Assembly: GCA_013265495.1 (NCBI GenBank)
Contig: MU058153.1
Location: 248,001 to 312,000 of the forward strand
Origin: Vicugna vicugna
Lineage: Eukaryota
Length of the DNA stretch: 64,000 nucleotides
Reading direction: 5' to 3'
Under the pieces are notes generated by a model. It was not told where the DNA came from. It saw only the letters and a list, made by a program, of their open reading frames with translations, and searched no databases. This document shows positions 13,791 through 26,043 of the stretch, one piece after another (within the stretch, counting starts at the first letter, position 1; each line of letters begins with the position of its first letter). Position numbers and translations under genes: made by a program.

Positions 13791-14020
13791 CCTGCAAAAT
13801 CTCAAGAAAAAAGTATGTGTATAAAACACAAAGATTCAGGGTGTGGTAACAGAGAAGACAAAAACACTTCTTATGGTGATGCTGAAGTCTCTCATAGGGC
13901 TTCAGGAGAGATTCTAAAACAAATAAAAAAAAGTGTCTCTTTTCTCCTTCAATTGCCTTAGCATCTTTATTGAAAATAAGTTGGAATTAATATGTGTGGG
14001 TCTATTTCTGGGCTCTCTTC

Positions 14021-14438
14021 TCTGAGACATACCTACAGTATGAACTAGGTGTGTAGACAGGGAGGAACCTAGAAAAGCCTGGTTGTCAAAATTCCTCCCC
14101 ATGTCCCATTGTCTCTGCACGGTCCCACAAGCATTTATTTACCAAACATGTGCTTACCAAACGTTCGTTTTTCCATCTCCATGTAAATTGCTTTCTTCCC
14201 CTTTGAAGTCCCAAACCTCTACCCCCAACATCCTCTTCTGTCTTTAGCTGAAGATGATGTTTAAGGGAGGGCTTTGGCCGTTTTGTTGAGTAACTTGGTT
14301 TTCCTGGGTCCTTTCCATGTATATGCATTACTAAACTTTCGTTTGATTTTCTCCTGTTAATTTGGTTCATACCAATTTAATTTTTAGACAAGGCAGAGGA
14401 ACCCAAAAGTGTAGAGGAAAATTTCTTCCTCCCGCACA
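14021..14438 (+). mobile_element. ERV1 LTR, MER34/MER39-like (partial)
   Basis: Ends GTAGAGGAAAATTTCTTCCTCCCGCACA; CTAAACTTTCGTTTGATTTTCTCCTGTTAAT resembles the MER34/39 R-U5 region. Confidence 0.75.
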
Positions 14439-15530
14439 GCAAGAAAGGCAAATTACAGCCCCTTCTTACATATTCCATTTGAAAACATTTGAAAATAATG
14501 GCAAGAGAAGTGAGAGATTAGCTGGATCAAATTGAGTACACATTTCCGAAAGTAGGTGCACAGCTACCTGCTTAGATAGCAAAGAACAGCCCCTTGTCTG
14601 CTACTTATTTCCCATCATGAATTAGTTTCCCGTCACCTATCTGCTGTTTGTGTACCCTGCCTTTGACGCTGCTTAGTCAATATGTGTCTGTCATTCTAAG
14701 AATTCTGCTACAAACAGACTTCCTCGTCTTTTCCAGTGCTTTCCTCGACACCCTTTCCTTATTCCACCCATCTTCAGGGTTTATGTTTGTGGATTTTTTT
14801 TTTCTATTACATCTGATTTGAGCTTCTTAATTTTCAACAGCTACAGTCCACACAGACTCTGATTCTCATTCTGATCTGTGTTGCCAGAATTTTACTGAGC
14901 TTGTGAGTCAATGTTCAAAATAACCTGCACAAATTGGGCTGTAGTAATATTAGAGTATTTCACTCTAAAGAGAGGGCTGCTGTTTCCTAAGGTGGAAGAC
15001 GTACCTAACTCACGCACATCAATCAGCTCTAATTTCCCAGAGCAAATCTGCTTGCAATGTGGTTTATTTTCAAGAAGGTTGCAAATGAGCCTACCTCAAG
15101 GAAATCCCAGAATGCAATGCTTAGCATAAATGGTTAAATTTGCATGAGTGAAATGAAATCAGTATTTGAGATACGTGGATCATGCAGATTTACAGGAAGT
15201 TAAAAACAAGATGGTCTGACCTGGTTAGGAAAGGCTTCTTGAACGAGAGAAGTTAACATTTAAACTGAAACTGTAAAAAATGTGTTATAATCAAGTACCA
15301 TGGTAAGGATAACAAAATATGTGAGAATAGATAGTCTTCAGGACTCATTAAGCATGGTGAAGGCATTATATTCTATCAGAGAAATTTAATTAATGTTTAG
15401 CCCTTCTGCTTCATTCATTCATTATTTTATTCATCCAACTTCCATTCACAATCAATCCAAGTATTCTGTAAATCAACAGGGATTTAGGGATAAAGAATTT
15501 GTGGAGTTCAAAGCCCAGTGTGGCCAACAA

Positions 15531-15604
15531 GTGTGTATACATATATATATATATATATATATATAATGTGTGTGTGTGTGTGTGTGTAATTTATATACAT
15601 ACAC
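15531..15604. repeat. Compound (TA)n(TG)n microsatellite
   Basis: Visible directly. Confidence 0.95.
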
Positions 15605-16544
15605 TTATGCAGTATATGTATATACATATGTAGTAACTGCATAATCATTTACCAAACACCTCATTGTATTAGTTGCCTAATATTCTTTTCTTACGAACTA
15701 GCAAATTTGGTATTCACGTAACCACAGAGGTTTGTAGAGGTTAATCAAATTGCTCAAGGACTCACGGCTTGTAAGTTGTAGAGCTGGTTATTCAATCCAA
15801 GATTGTCTTTAGAACAAACTGTATATTCGCTTCCCCATGTCATGTTGCCTCTCTGGGAGATGTGAAAATTGCAACCGCAGAAACATATTCGAGGAAGTGA
15901 ATTGGCCTGGGGGAAGAAGTGACTGGCAAGAGGTGTTATAAGAGTCAGTGGTTTTTAGAAACATCAAGAGCTCACAGTTCTTTCTGTTGGACAGAAAAAC
16001 ACCTTGTGCATGAATTAATTAAAGAATGAGCCTTTCTTTCATTGTAGGATGTTTCACAGCTGAAATCTAGAATTAGGAGCTTTTCAAGTAAATGCTCATT
16101 GCACTCGTTTTTAGTCCCTGTTTTGTTTGTTTGTTTTTAAACCATCTAATTGCAAGTCTGACCAGAGCCATCTCTGGCCCAATTCCCTCATACCTTAGCT
16201 CAGGGTTAATATGAACTAACTGAATTTGTCTATATTAAACTGAAAGGGTCCAGGATGATTTACATTTGAATCTTTTCCAATATGAATGCCAGGCAAGCAC
16301 TAAGATTTCCTCTTGTTCTCTTCAAGGAGTTCTGCTGCACAAGTAGTAAAAGTCTGCTGAGAATAAATTCAGAATCAAAATGAGTTGAAGTTAGGGATTT
16401 AGGTGAATGCTGGCATTTTTCTTCGTGAGCCAAAGCCCTGACTAATGAACTACACTGTATGTTGCAATACTTTTTTTAATGAAAGTTCCATTCTTAGCAA
16501 CTACGGTGTGTCCCATTTTTGGGGAGTCCACACAACAGCCTGAG

Positions 16545-16690
16545 CCAATGAATCTCAAAGTTTAACATGCATACAAATCACCTGGGGAGGCTTGAAAAAT
16601 GCTGAATCAGGTTCAGTAAGTCTGGACTGGGAACAAGTCTGCAGTTCTAACCAGTGCTCAGGTGATTACCATGCTCATTTAGCTAGCAAG
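16545..16690. mobile_element. MER5-type hAT-Charlie MITE
   Basis: TCTCAAAGTTTAACATGCATACAAATCACCTGGGG...CAGTAAGTCTGG...CAGGTGATT. Confidence 0.7.
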
Positions 16691-16771
16691 ATGTGAGGAT
16701 GTTGGAATGACGATTTCAATGTGAATTATACTTTGTTTTCTAGCCATCTCGCTTCCTACTTGTCTTGGGAT

Positions 16772-17263
16772 ATGAATTATTTAGGGTTTTCCAAAGAAAT
16801 AGAATTATCTATATTATTAATAACATATTAGTAATAATTAATAGAATTAACAGAAATATGTATATATATATATATACATATATATACACATACAGAAAGA
16901 GAGAGAGCCTTATTATGATGAATTGGCTTATGTGATAATGGATGCTAAGTCCCACAATCTACTTGAGAAGTAGGGGAGCTGATGGTATAAATCTCACTCC
17001 AAGGGCAGAAACAGATTGAAGTTCTAGCTCAAGCAGGGAGGCAGGAAGGGAAGGAATACTCCCTTCTTTCACTTTTTGTTCTATTCAGCCCCTGAATGGA
17101 TCGGATGATGCCTACCCACGTTGGGGGAGGGTGATTTATTTCAGTGAGCCCATCGATTCAAACACTAATCTAGAGAAACGCTCTTAAAGACACACCCAGA
17201 AGTAATGATTAATCTGGGCACCCCACGGTCCAGTCTATTTGACATGTCAAATTAACCACCACA
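16772..17263 (-). mobile_element. ERVL LTR (MLT2-type)
   Basis: Reverse complement begins TGTGGTGGTTAATTTGACATGTCAA; internal GGATGATGCCTACCCAC and GACACACCCAGAAGTAATG. Confidence 0.88.
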
Positions 17264-17421
17264 GGATACATAGGAGATGAAGTAAAGATTATATAACACA
17301 TGGGAAAAAAATCAAGGGTGAGTGGCAAATAGTAGGTTTTCCAAACTTGATCTTATTGTATGTATTTCAAGGTACAGTGAGGGAGCCCAAAGCTGATTAA
17401 GAAATACTTCGTATTCTTGGT

Positions 17422-17690
17422 CGTGCTTTCCCACTATCCGTGGTGAGGACCTGTTTTTCTACCACTCCCTCTCAGCCCATTAGTTTATAAAAATACAATA
17501 AAAATGAATTACTAAAAAATAACATGAAAGAGAAGTTGAAAATATAAGAATTCAAAAACTTTTAGATTCAAGTGATGTAAAATTTCTATTACCTTCATAT
17601 AAAAGGTCCCAGTGTTAACTCTCAGTTCCTATAGTTATCTCCTGACTGACATCTGCCACCACACGCAGACCCCACTTTGAGCAGCGTGAC
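17422..17690. mobile_element. hAT-Charlie-type DNA transposon remnant
   Basis: Ends GACCCCACTTTGAGCAGCGTG (Charlie/MER5-like terminus) with an A-rich interior. Confidence 0.5.
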
Positions 17691-18449
17691 TCTAGCTGTG
17701 AATGGTTTAGCAGGATACACAATAAATGCATTCACCACAGGGTGGTACACGATGAAGCACAGCGCTCTGCACGTCATGAACACTCACTAACAGCCTGTTA
17801 ACTGCTCCACGACGATTCTGGATCTTTTTCATATAAGTCATAGTGAAACGTTATTTTCATATTCTGCATTTCCTTCCTGTCTAGATTCCTCCAGTTTGCT
17901 CCCTCTGGCCTTTCGCTTAAAAAAAAAAAAAAAAAAAGGCATCCAAGTAGCCTCACTGTTACTGAATGCAAGAAGAAATGTAAGATGAGGTGTGTTTGAG
18001 GTGGCTACAGAAAAAGAGACCATTATTTTAATAGGATTTGGCAGCTTCAGAGAAGAGTCGACCAACAGTGAGTGAGTTAGGAATTTTTTTTTTCCTAATC
18101 ATAAACTGAGATAAATATATTCTTTATTTCTTTTTTTTTTCTTATATATACTTTTTTTTTCTTCTGGCAGGGGGGTAGCAAGTAAGAGCTTTAGACTGTA
18201 GCCAGTTCATGAGAGGTCACCTTTATAAAACGTGTTCAGTAGAAAATGCGTAACACACCTGCTGGTTTGGACATTTTCCTCCAACATTTGCCGATCCACT
18301 CCGTGTGCCAGCATACAGAACTTTCTTATTGGGGGAACATTCTCCTCAGCTGAAATACAGTCTGAAATACTTGGCTTCCTAAAAATGTTAATTATTGTGC
18401 AATTGGCTGTTTTTAACTGACTCAACTGCAGTATTCGTACAATCTGGAA

Positions 18450-18897
18450 ATAAAGAAACTGTTCCTTTGCACAACATGGATGGACCTAAAGATGATCATA
18501 CTAAGTGAAGCAAGTCAGAGAAAGACAAATATCACATGGTATCACTTATATGTGGAATCTAAAATAAATGATACAAATTAACTTATTTACGAAACAGAAA
18601 CAGACTCACTGACAGAGACAACAAATTTATGGTACCAAAGGAGAAAGGCTCGGTCGGGGCAATAAATTAGGAGTTTGGGATTAACAGATACACACTACTA
18701 TATATAAAATAAATAAATGACAAGAACCTACTGTTTAGCACAGGGAACTATATTCAATATCTCGTAATAACCTATAGTGGAAGATAATCTGGAAAAGAAT
18801 GTATATATATACATAGCTAAATGAATCACTTTGCTGTACACCTAAAACTAACACAACATTATAAATCAAGCATACGTCACTAAAAAAAAAAAAAAAG
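18450..18897 (+). mobile_element. LINE-1 3' end, cetartiodactyl type (L1_Art-like), with poly(A)
   Basis: CAACATGGATGGACCTA, TCACTTATATGTGGAATCTAAA, TAGCACAGGGAACTATATTCAATATC, GAATCACTTTGCTGTACACCT, then an A-tail. Confidence 0.93.
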
Positions 18898-19598
18898 ATA
18901 TTGGGAAAAGGAAAAAAAAAAAGCCAAAAAACTATTCTTCCTCTTCTGCTGCAGAGTTTTTGTCCAAAGAGGTAATTGGAATTTATCAGAGATTGTTTCT
19001 TGTTTTCCCCCACAATACTCTGTCTCATTTTATTTCTAATTTTGAGAAAAGTGAATGTATCAAAATTTAGACAATTGAATAACACATTATAAAATGATAA
19101 CTCCCTAAGTGGTTATGCTAAGAGGATTCCTCAGTTAACATCCAAGACCTAAAGGACGAAGAACTCATCCAGGCATGTGGACTAGCTTTGGGTATTATGG
19201 TTTTATTAACAAATGTGACATTTTCATTCAGATTTCTTGGTCTTGAGATCTTACACTGATGTCTACAGGTGCTCCCTTTTAAACAACCTTAAGTAAATCT
19301 CCTTGTTATTGTTTAGATGTTAAATACGATCTATTTACTCTAGTTAATTCACTAGATAAAATTTCATTAGACTACTAATAGGGATTTCCATTTCTCATTA
19401 GAGTTTTTCTCTGTGGCCAGATAAGGGCTGCCTGAGCACCAAGACATGGGCTGCAAAGTTGGGAGTAGCTGTTTTCTCTAATATTTTTCCTTAACAATTC
19501 CTATTTTGGGTTCATAAGCTATGCTAATTTATGAGATGAAAATTTGAGAATGAAATGCACTTTTTAGAATGACCTATGTATTATCTATGGGTAGAAAA

Positions 19599-19634
<36 letters not shown>

Positions 19635-19659
19635 TACATACACCTTGTCCTGAGTAAAT

Positions 19660-19875
19660 GTCAGGTTAAAAGCATTGGAGTCAGTTGAATTCTGGGTCCA
19701 CTCTTCACCAGCTGTGAGACCTTAGAAATGCTGCTTCACATCTCTGAGCTCTAGTTTTCTCATCTTCAAAGTGGTTATAATGAGTGAACTGACCTCATAG
19801 AGTTTTCCTGAGCATCAAGTGTGATAGTGCTTGTTAAATTCTTAGCATGAATTCTGGAATATAATAAATACTATG
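19660..19875 (+). mobile_element. MIR SINE
   Basis: AGCTGTGAGACCTT...TCTCTGAGCTCTAGTTTTCTCATCTT...ACCTCATAGAGTT. Confidence 0.8.
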
Positions 19876-19876
19876 A

Positions 19877-20010
19877 ATGAACAGCCAGATGAAGAGATGC
19901 CCAGGGCAAGGGCCAGGAGGGTCCTGAGAACGGGTGCTCCTGTCCCTGTGGAGTTGGGGCATGCCATTCCCTCAGTACGCAGATGTGTTCATCAACCCGG
20001 AAGCTTTTCC
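19877..20010. mobile_element. LTR fragment, MER21-like
   Basis: CAGCCAGATGAAGAGATGC...CTGTCCCTGTGGAGTTGGGG...GTGTTCATCAACCCGGAAGCT. Confidence 0.65.
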
Positions 20011-22149
20011 TGGAGTAATGATACCTAGAAATCAGGATAATATGAGAGACCCCAAGGGGACCTGAGAGTGTGCATCCACAGTCTTTCCACAGTCATCTCC
20101 TATGACTAGGTTGTCAGCAGCAATTAGAAATAATTAACCATGTAGCAGCGGAAAGTCCAGTGGTGGTATAGGGCAGTAGGACTAAAACTTAAATGTCCAG
20201 AGAAGCTTCGAATGTGAAAATCAAGCTTAGAGCAGAGCCAGGAAGTGCTGTGGTTTTTAATAACCAGAAATAAACCTTAGTCTGAGTGGAAGGACACTTG
20301 CTCAGTCAGGACCAGAGTAAAGCAATCCAGGTAGCCCAAAACCAAAGCAATAGAAAACGTAAAATGCCTCCTGAACTTCCTTCTAGATCAGGTTTATTTG
20401 GCAGATGCCTACCCTTTTATAATTTCTCTTGGATTTGGACAGTGGTAGGTTGGCTCTTGAAGGTATAAAAAAGTCACTTTGCTGCTGTCAACCCAGAATA
20501 GTGTAAAGTTCTATATATGGTAGCACGAGAAATGGGGGTATGTGATTATAAATTTAACAAACTGACAGATGCTGGGACATAATAAGTTGTCTTTCCCATC
20601 TCAACACCAACTCACCAAGGAGACTCGGATAGTTTTTGTAAGCTCAGTGGTCCCCGTTGCCCTTCTTTATAGCAACTAGTACATACCTTTCTCAAATCTC
20701 CCTGAATGATGCCCATTTTTGGTACCTACTGGAAGTCAACATTGTTCCAAACAGCAATTCTTAGAAATTAGGTGCACAGTCTCTATTTCATATTCTGTGA
20801 GTTCAGTATAGACTCCACAACCTATAACTCTGATCCTGAGCAAATTATATAACCATGTTCATTTTCATACATGTAAACTGGGAATCGTAAGACTACCAGC
20901 AGATGACTGTTGTGAGAAGATGAAATGAAATAAGCACGTGCCGTGTTCACAATGCTGATTGCCATCACTAACATTATGGGGGAAAAATAAAGTATTCAAA
21001 AAAGATGAGGACATCAGGAATGGGCACGGAAGTCAGGAGCTGGACAGTCTGAGCTGTTTGTCTTCTGAGAATTACATGAGACAGTGCAGAACTCTCTGAT
21101 GTCCAAGGCAACGCCACATGAAATGGGTGAATGGTATACAATGATTCCCTCTTGAAAATAAATTTATCCTGAGAAAGACACTAAGTTGTAAAAAAAAAAA
21201 ATCACAAGAACTCATTTTTTTTTTTTAATTTGTCCAAAGTGAGAAATTGGCCTGATTCTGAAGCCGAGCATCCAAAGGATGAGAGATAATGGCTTTTGCC
21301 TGGAAACAAGCAAAGAGCCAGTTTGAAATTTTTGCTAAAATACTCTAATGAAACCACCTCATTGTCTCTGAATAATCATCTTTTTGGGTCATCCTTGAAA
21401 ATCAAATTCTTTGGAGTTTAAGAAATAACAATTTTTTTTGAAAGGAAGTTTTATAACTTTAATAAACCTATATGTGTAGTCGTTGTGAAAAAATGTTGTC
21501 CTGCTCAAATAATATTTCCAACAAACTTCATTTGGGAAATCTAATCTACAGAAATAAGAGCATTAGTACATCAGGATTTATGTATAAAATTTGTTTATTT
21601 CAGTATTTTTATGGCAGCAAAATAAAGATTATGCAATAATAGGAAACAGTGGATAGATTATATATAGCAACTGATAATATTAAAAGTATTATGTAGCTAT
21701 TGAAAACAATAGGTTAGGTCAATACACATTGATAAGGAAAGGAAGAAAGGACGGTAGAAGGGAAAGAGAGAGAGGGGAAGAAACGGTAGCCCGAAATTTC
21801 TAAATTTGACAAATCAGGAAACTCATTTCAACAAATTAGGGAAATCATGTAAATTTTCTCATGGTTTTATGAAAACTACTTTGGGTTATTTGTCTCTTAG
21901 AACTCATAATGTGATTTAAACCTGCAGTACTTATTTGATTTCCTGTCCATTTTATACTGAGTGATTATTGAATGAGAAGAAACAAACTTACCCAGATACT
22001 TGTGGAACTTCTCATTTCTGTATCAACATTTCTCTCAATTTATGCATAGTCTCCATCTTTAGATCTGTAATCCTTAGAGTTTTGAAGTACAAAGACCTCA
22101 TTGGAGAATACCAAGAAAACAAAGAACATGGCACATACGCACAAGGGTA

Positions 22150-22320
22150 ACACACTGAGTCTGTCTGAGAATGAGGCCAACACACAAAGTAGAGCTGAGA
22201 AATGAGCCCTGATGGTATTGTTGTAGAGGTCTGTGATGAAAGTCAGCTCAATGCGCAGATGTTCAGATAAAGAAGCCAATGTATTTTACTTTGAGCAAGT
22301 TTGAGTTGGGTTTCTCAGAC
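22150..22320 (+). mobile_element. Old MaLR LTR fragment (MLT1J/K-like)
   Basis: CTGTCTGAGAATGAGGCCAACACA...AGAGCTGAGA...AGCCAAT...AGTTTGAGTTGGGTTTCT. Confidence 0.6.
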
Positions 22321-22599
22321 TTTAGATAGATACCTCTTGCATCTACTAGAAAATGAAACAGAGAAGATGGGTGAAGATATGATTAGATATAGCAGTGGCA
22401 GAAAGTTGAAATAATACCAATCTTGTAACATCAGTGTTCTCCATTGAAATAAAGTGATTTCTGAAAGAAGACAGAGCTACTGGGTATCAGACAAGCATAG
22501 AAAATATGAAAAGAGTGTGTCAACTGAACTGTATACGGAAACACAGTGTAATGTCCTGGTTCAATTAATTTCTCAGACTCTAATATCAAAAAGTACACT

Positions 22600-22790
22600 T
22601 CTTATCAGGATGGAAGAGTGCATGAGGAGGGCTTCTGGGGTATGGATAATTAACATTCTGTTTCTTGATTTGATGTCAGTTATAAGGGTATGTTGATAAT
22701 GTAAAATTCACCAAGCTGTACACTTAGAATATTGGTACTTTTTTATATGCATGTAATAATTCAACAAAATTTCAAAAACAAAAAAGAGTA
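22600..22790 (+). mobile_element. Old LINE-1 3' end (L1ME-like)
   Basis: GAGGGCTTCTGGGG...TTCTGTTTCTTGAT...AAAATTCACCAAGCTGTACACTTA. Confidence 0.7.
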
Positions 22791-24431
22791 CATTTATTTT
22801 ATTCAAAAATATATAAAAGTTAACACTTAACAAATTTTATAATGTTTTTCTTTTTCTTAATTGTTTTTGTTTTTTTAATCATTTTTGTTTTTTTAATTAT
22901 TTGTATTTTTTTTAATTTAAGTCCCCTCACGATGTTGTGTTAACCTAACAATGATTTTTTAAAAAAAGAAAGTTTGAAATATGCAAAATCCTACAAACTT
23001 GGGATATTTCCCTTTTGGGATGTTATGGTTCAGTCTCTTCCCACATGGAAAATTATTATGTGTTGTGAAGACTATGTCATTCTGTGATCTTTTATTTCAC
23101 TTAACTAGAACTTGTGTTGCACATTTATTTATTGTCCTTACAGGTAAAAAAAAGTTTTAAATAAAATAAAAACACATGGTTCCTTTGTTTTAATTACTAC
23201 AAAAAGATGAGTAATACTTTCTTGGGTTTATTATTAAAATTTTCTAAATATTTTATTATATATTTTACTTTTATAGTAGATAATGCAACAGTGAGCATTT
23301 GCATTTACAATGGTAAATGAAGAAGTAATTTCAGTTGTTTTCTTAAGCTCTTAGTTACTCCAAAAACATTTTCTATATATTTAGACATTTTCTTCCAAGA
23401 CTACTTCTTCAGAGGATGCCACCAACAGCTTGGATTCTATTTCCTAGATACATGAATCATTGTTATTTGTGCCATAATATTGTGATGATGAAAAGACATT
23501 TGACAAGAAGAAAACTAAGTACATTTTTTCAAACCAGGTTCCCAAAACTTTACTTATGAAACTACACTTAGCTTAAAATATATATGGTATTTTTATAAAG
23601 TTTTCCTAGACTTCTGTTTGAAAAATACTGTAAAAATGTTTATCAGTAACCAACGCAAAACAACTGGGGTTTTTAACACATAGGTCCATTTATAAATACT
23701 GCCGCAAATATTGCTACCTACTGAGACATTTTATCCATAACCTCTAAATGTGATCTATTAATTGGTCTTGACTTTTATGGGAAAAATGATAACAAGCATT
23801 TGTAGAGCCCATTATAATCTGTAATATACCTTAAACCTCCATTTTCTGTGTTCTTCCCTACAACCGTACTGGGAAGCAAATATGACTAGTGACCCACTTC
23901 TTCAGATGTGAAAACTGAGGCTCAAAGAATTTAGTTGATATCTCCAAGATGACGCAGCTAGGAAGCGACTGATTCCAAATCCTACCCTTTCTATTATACT
24001 ATATTATGAGAACTAGTGAGACAGATAATTTATATTCTTGCTCCAACTCTTATTATCTGGACTCTGAACAAATTAGCATCTTTATGCTGCTGTCTGAAAT
24101 TTTAGATAACATTATCTACACCACAGATTTGTAAGGATTTTATATCAACACTCCACGGAAATCTTTTGATATAAAGTTAACCACCATGTTATTGACAATT
24201 TTAATGAGTGCTTTTCAACCTTCCTGCTATATTTGTTATTTTTTCTTCTGAAGTGTTCTTTTCCTTTGATTTTTGTGAGGCCAGTTTCTCATGCTCATTT
24301 TGTCTCCATCTCCTTAAATTTGCTATTTACCTCAAGGTTCCATTTTTCACTCTGTTCCTGAATAATCCATACACACTCCCTGCATAATCTCAACCCTTGT
24401 GTGTCCTGTCATCTATATGTTGATATTCCAC

Positions 24432-24894
24432 TGTAGTTGGTTGGTTTATACAGTCCCAAAAGATACATCTGAGACCTAATCCTAAGTACTTGTGATTGTG
24501 ACCTTAATTGGAAATAAGGTCTTTGCAGATGTAATTAAGTTATGAATCTGGAGATAAGATTACCCTAAATTTAGGGCAGGCCTTAAATACAAGGACTTGT
24601 GTCCTTGCAGGAGTGGGAGAGGACACAGAAACACAGAGAAGGCAGTGTGAAGATGGGGTAGAGATTAAAGTGATGTACCTATAAGCCAAGGAACACTAAG
24701 GAATGCCAGCAGTCACCAAAAGCAAGGAAAGAGGCATGAAGCAAATTCTCTCTCAGAGCCTCCAAAAGGAGTCTACCTTGTTACAACCTGATTTCAGACT
24801 GCTGGCCTCCAAAGCTGTGAGAGAATAGATTTCCATTGTTTTAAGCCACCTCGCCTGTGGTGATTTGTTATGACATCTCTAGGAAACTAGTATG
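24432..24894 (+). mobile_element. MaLR solo LTR (MLT1C-like) nested in L2
   Basis: GTGACCTTAATTGGAAATAAGGTCTTTGCAGATGTAATTAAG, AAGCCAAGGAACAC, CTGTGAGAGAATAGATTTC, end TAGGAAACTAGTATG. Confidence 0.9.
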
Positions 24895-25507
24895 TTCCCA
24901 AGCCTGCCCATCTCTTGGCTATATCAACTTGGGTGTCCCCAGACGTGTAAATCTCAGTTTGTCTAAGCTAAAACTTTCAAGTGACATCCCCTGCTCTGTT
25001 CCCTATTGTCAGAAAATGGCAAGCCCATCTGTAGCCAGAGCAATGCTCTCTAGTTAAGTAAGGCATTCTCTTCCTCAGGCTTCCTAAGTATATGCAAATG
25101 ATTTTCAAGTATATGCACACAATCCTGATCTGTGTTCTTAACTCCAAACCAGGAAATCCTCCTGCCTACTCAACATCTTTACTTGGTATTTGAAGGACAA
25201 CTTGTATTTCACATGTTGAAAGAAATTGTGAGTGTGTCCTTTACCCAAGTCTTGGTCTTCTGACAAGGTTCTCTGTATTGACCTTTCCTGTGAATATTTC
25301 TACCTTACATGAATTTGACAAGCCAGAAACCTAGGAGTCATTTTTGATGCTTAATTCTCCCTAAGCCTTTCCTAAAATATAGCCAATACATCACGAGTCC
25401 CACTTACATCAATAACTCTTTAATGTGTTAGCTTCTCTCCATCACTTTTACCACCTTTTCAGGACAAATTTCTATCATTTCTTCCTTGGGTGTTTGGAAT
25501 GCCCTCT

Positions 25508-26043
25508 GTATTCATCAGGTTCTCCAGAGAAACTGAAAAAAATGGAGATAGATAGGTAGCTAGCCAAATAGACAGATAGATAGGTAGATAGGTAGATAGA
25601 CAGACACATTAAAAAGATTTATTATAAGGTATTGGCTCACATAATCATGGAGGCTGAGAAGTCTCCCAGTTTGGTGATGGCCACTGGAGCTGAGAAGTCT
25701 CCCAGTTTGGTGATGGCCACTGGAGACCCAGTAAAGCCAGTGGTGTAGGTCTGAAGGCCTGAGAACCAGGAGATCCAAGGGCAGGAGAAGATCAGTGTGT
25801 TTGATCTCAGCTCAAGCAGCCAGGCAGAGAATTCATCCTTCCTCTTTTTGCTCTATTTAGGCCTTCAGCAGATTGGAGGATATCCGCCCACATTGGAAAG
25901 GGCCATCTGGTTTTCTTAGTCAACTAGTTCCGATGCTAATCTGTTCCAGAAACATCGTCACAGACACAACCAGAAATAATGTTTAACCAGTCATCCGGGC
26001 ATCTTATGGCCCTCTCAAGTTGACACATACATTAAACATCACA
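25508..26043 (-). mobile_element. ERVL LTR (MLT2-type) with internal (GATA/GGTA)n tract
   Basis: GGTTCTCCAGAGAAAC, ATTGGCTCACATAATCATGGAGGCTGAGAAGTC, end CAAGTTGACACATACATTAAACATCACA. Confidence 0.92.

Noticed and set aside
23120..23152. + strand CAG|GTAAAA recursive-site-like motif
   Set aside because: Weak donor in AT-rich sequence with no supporting context
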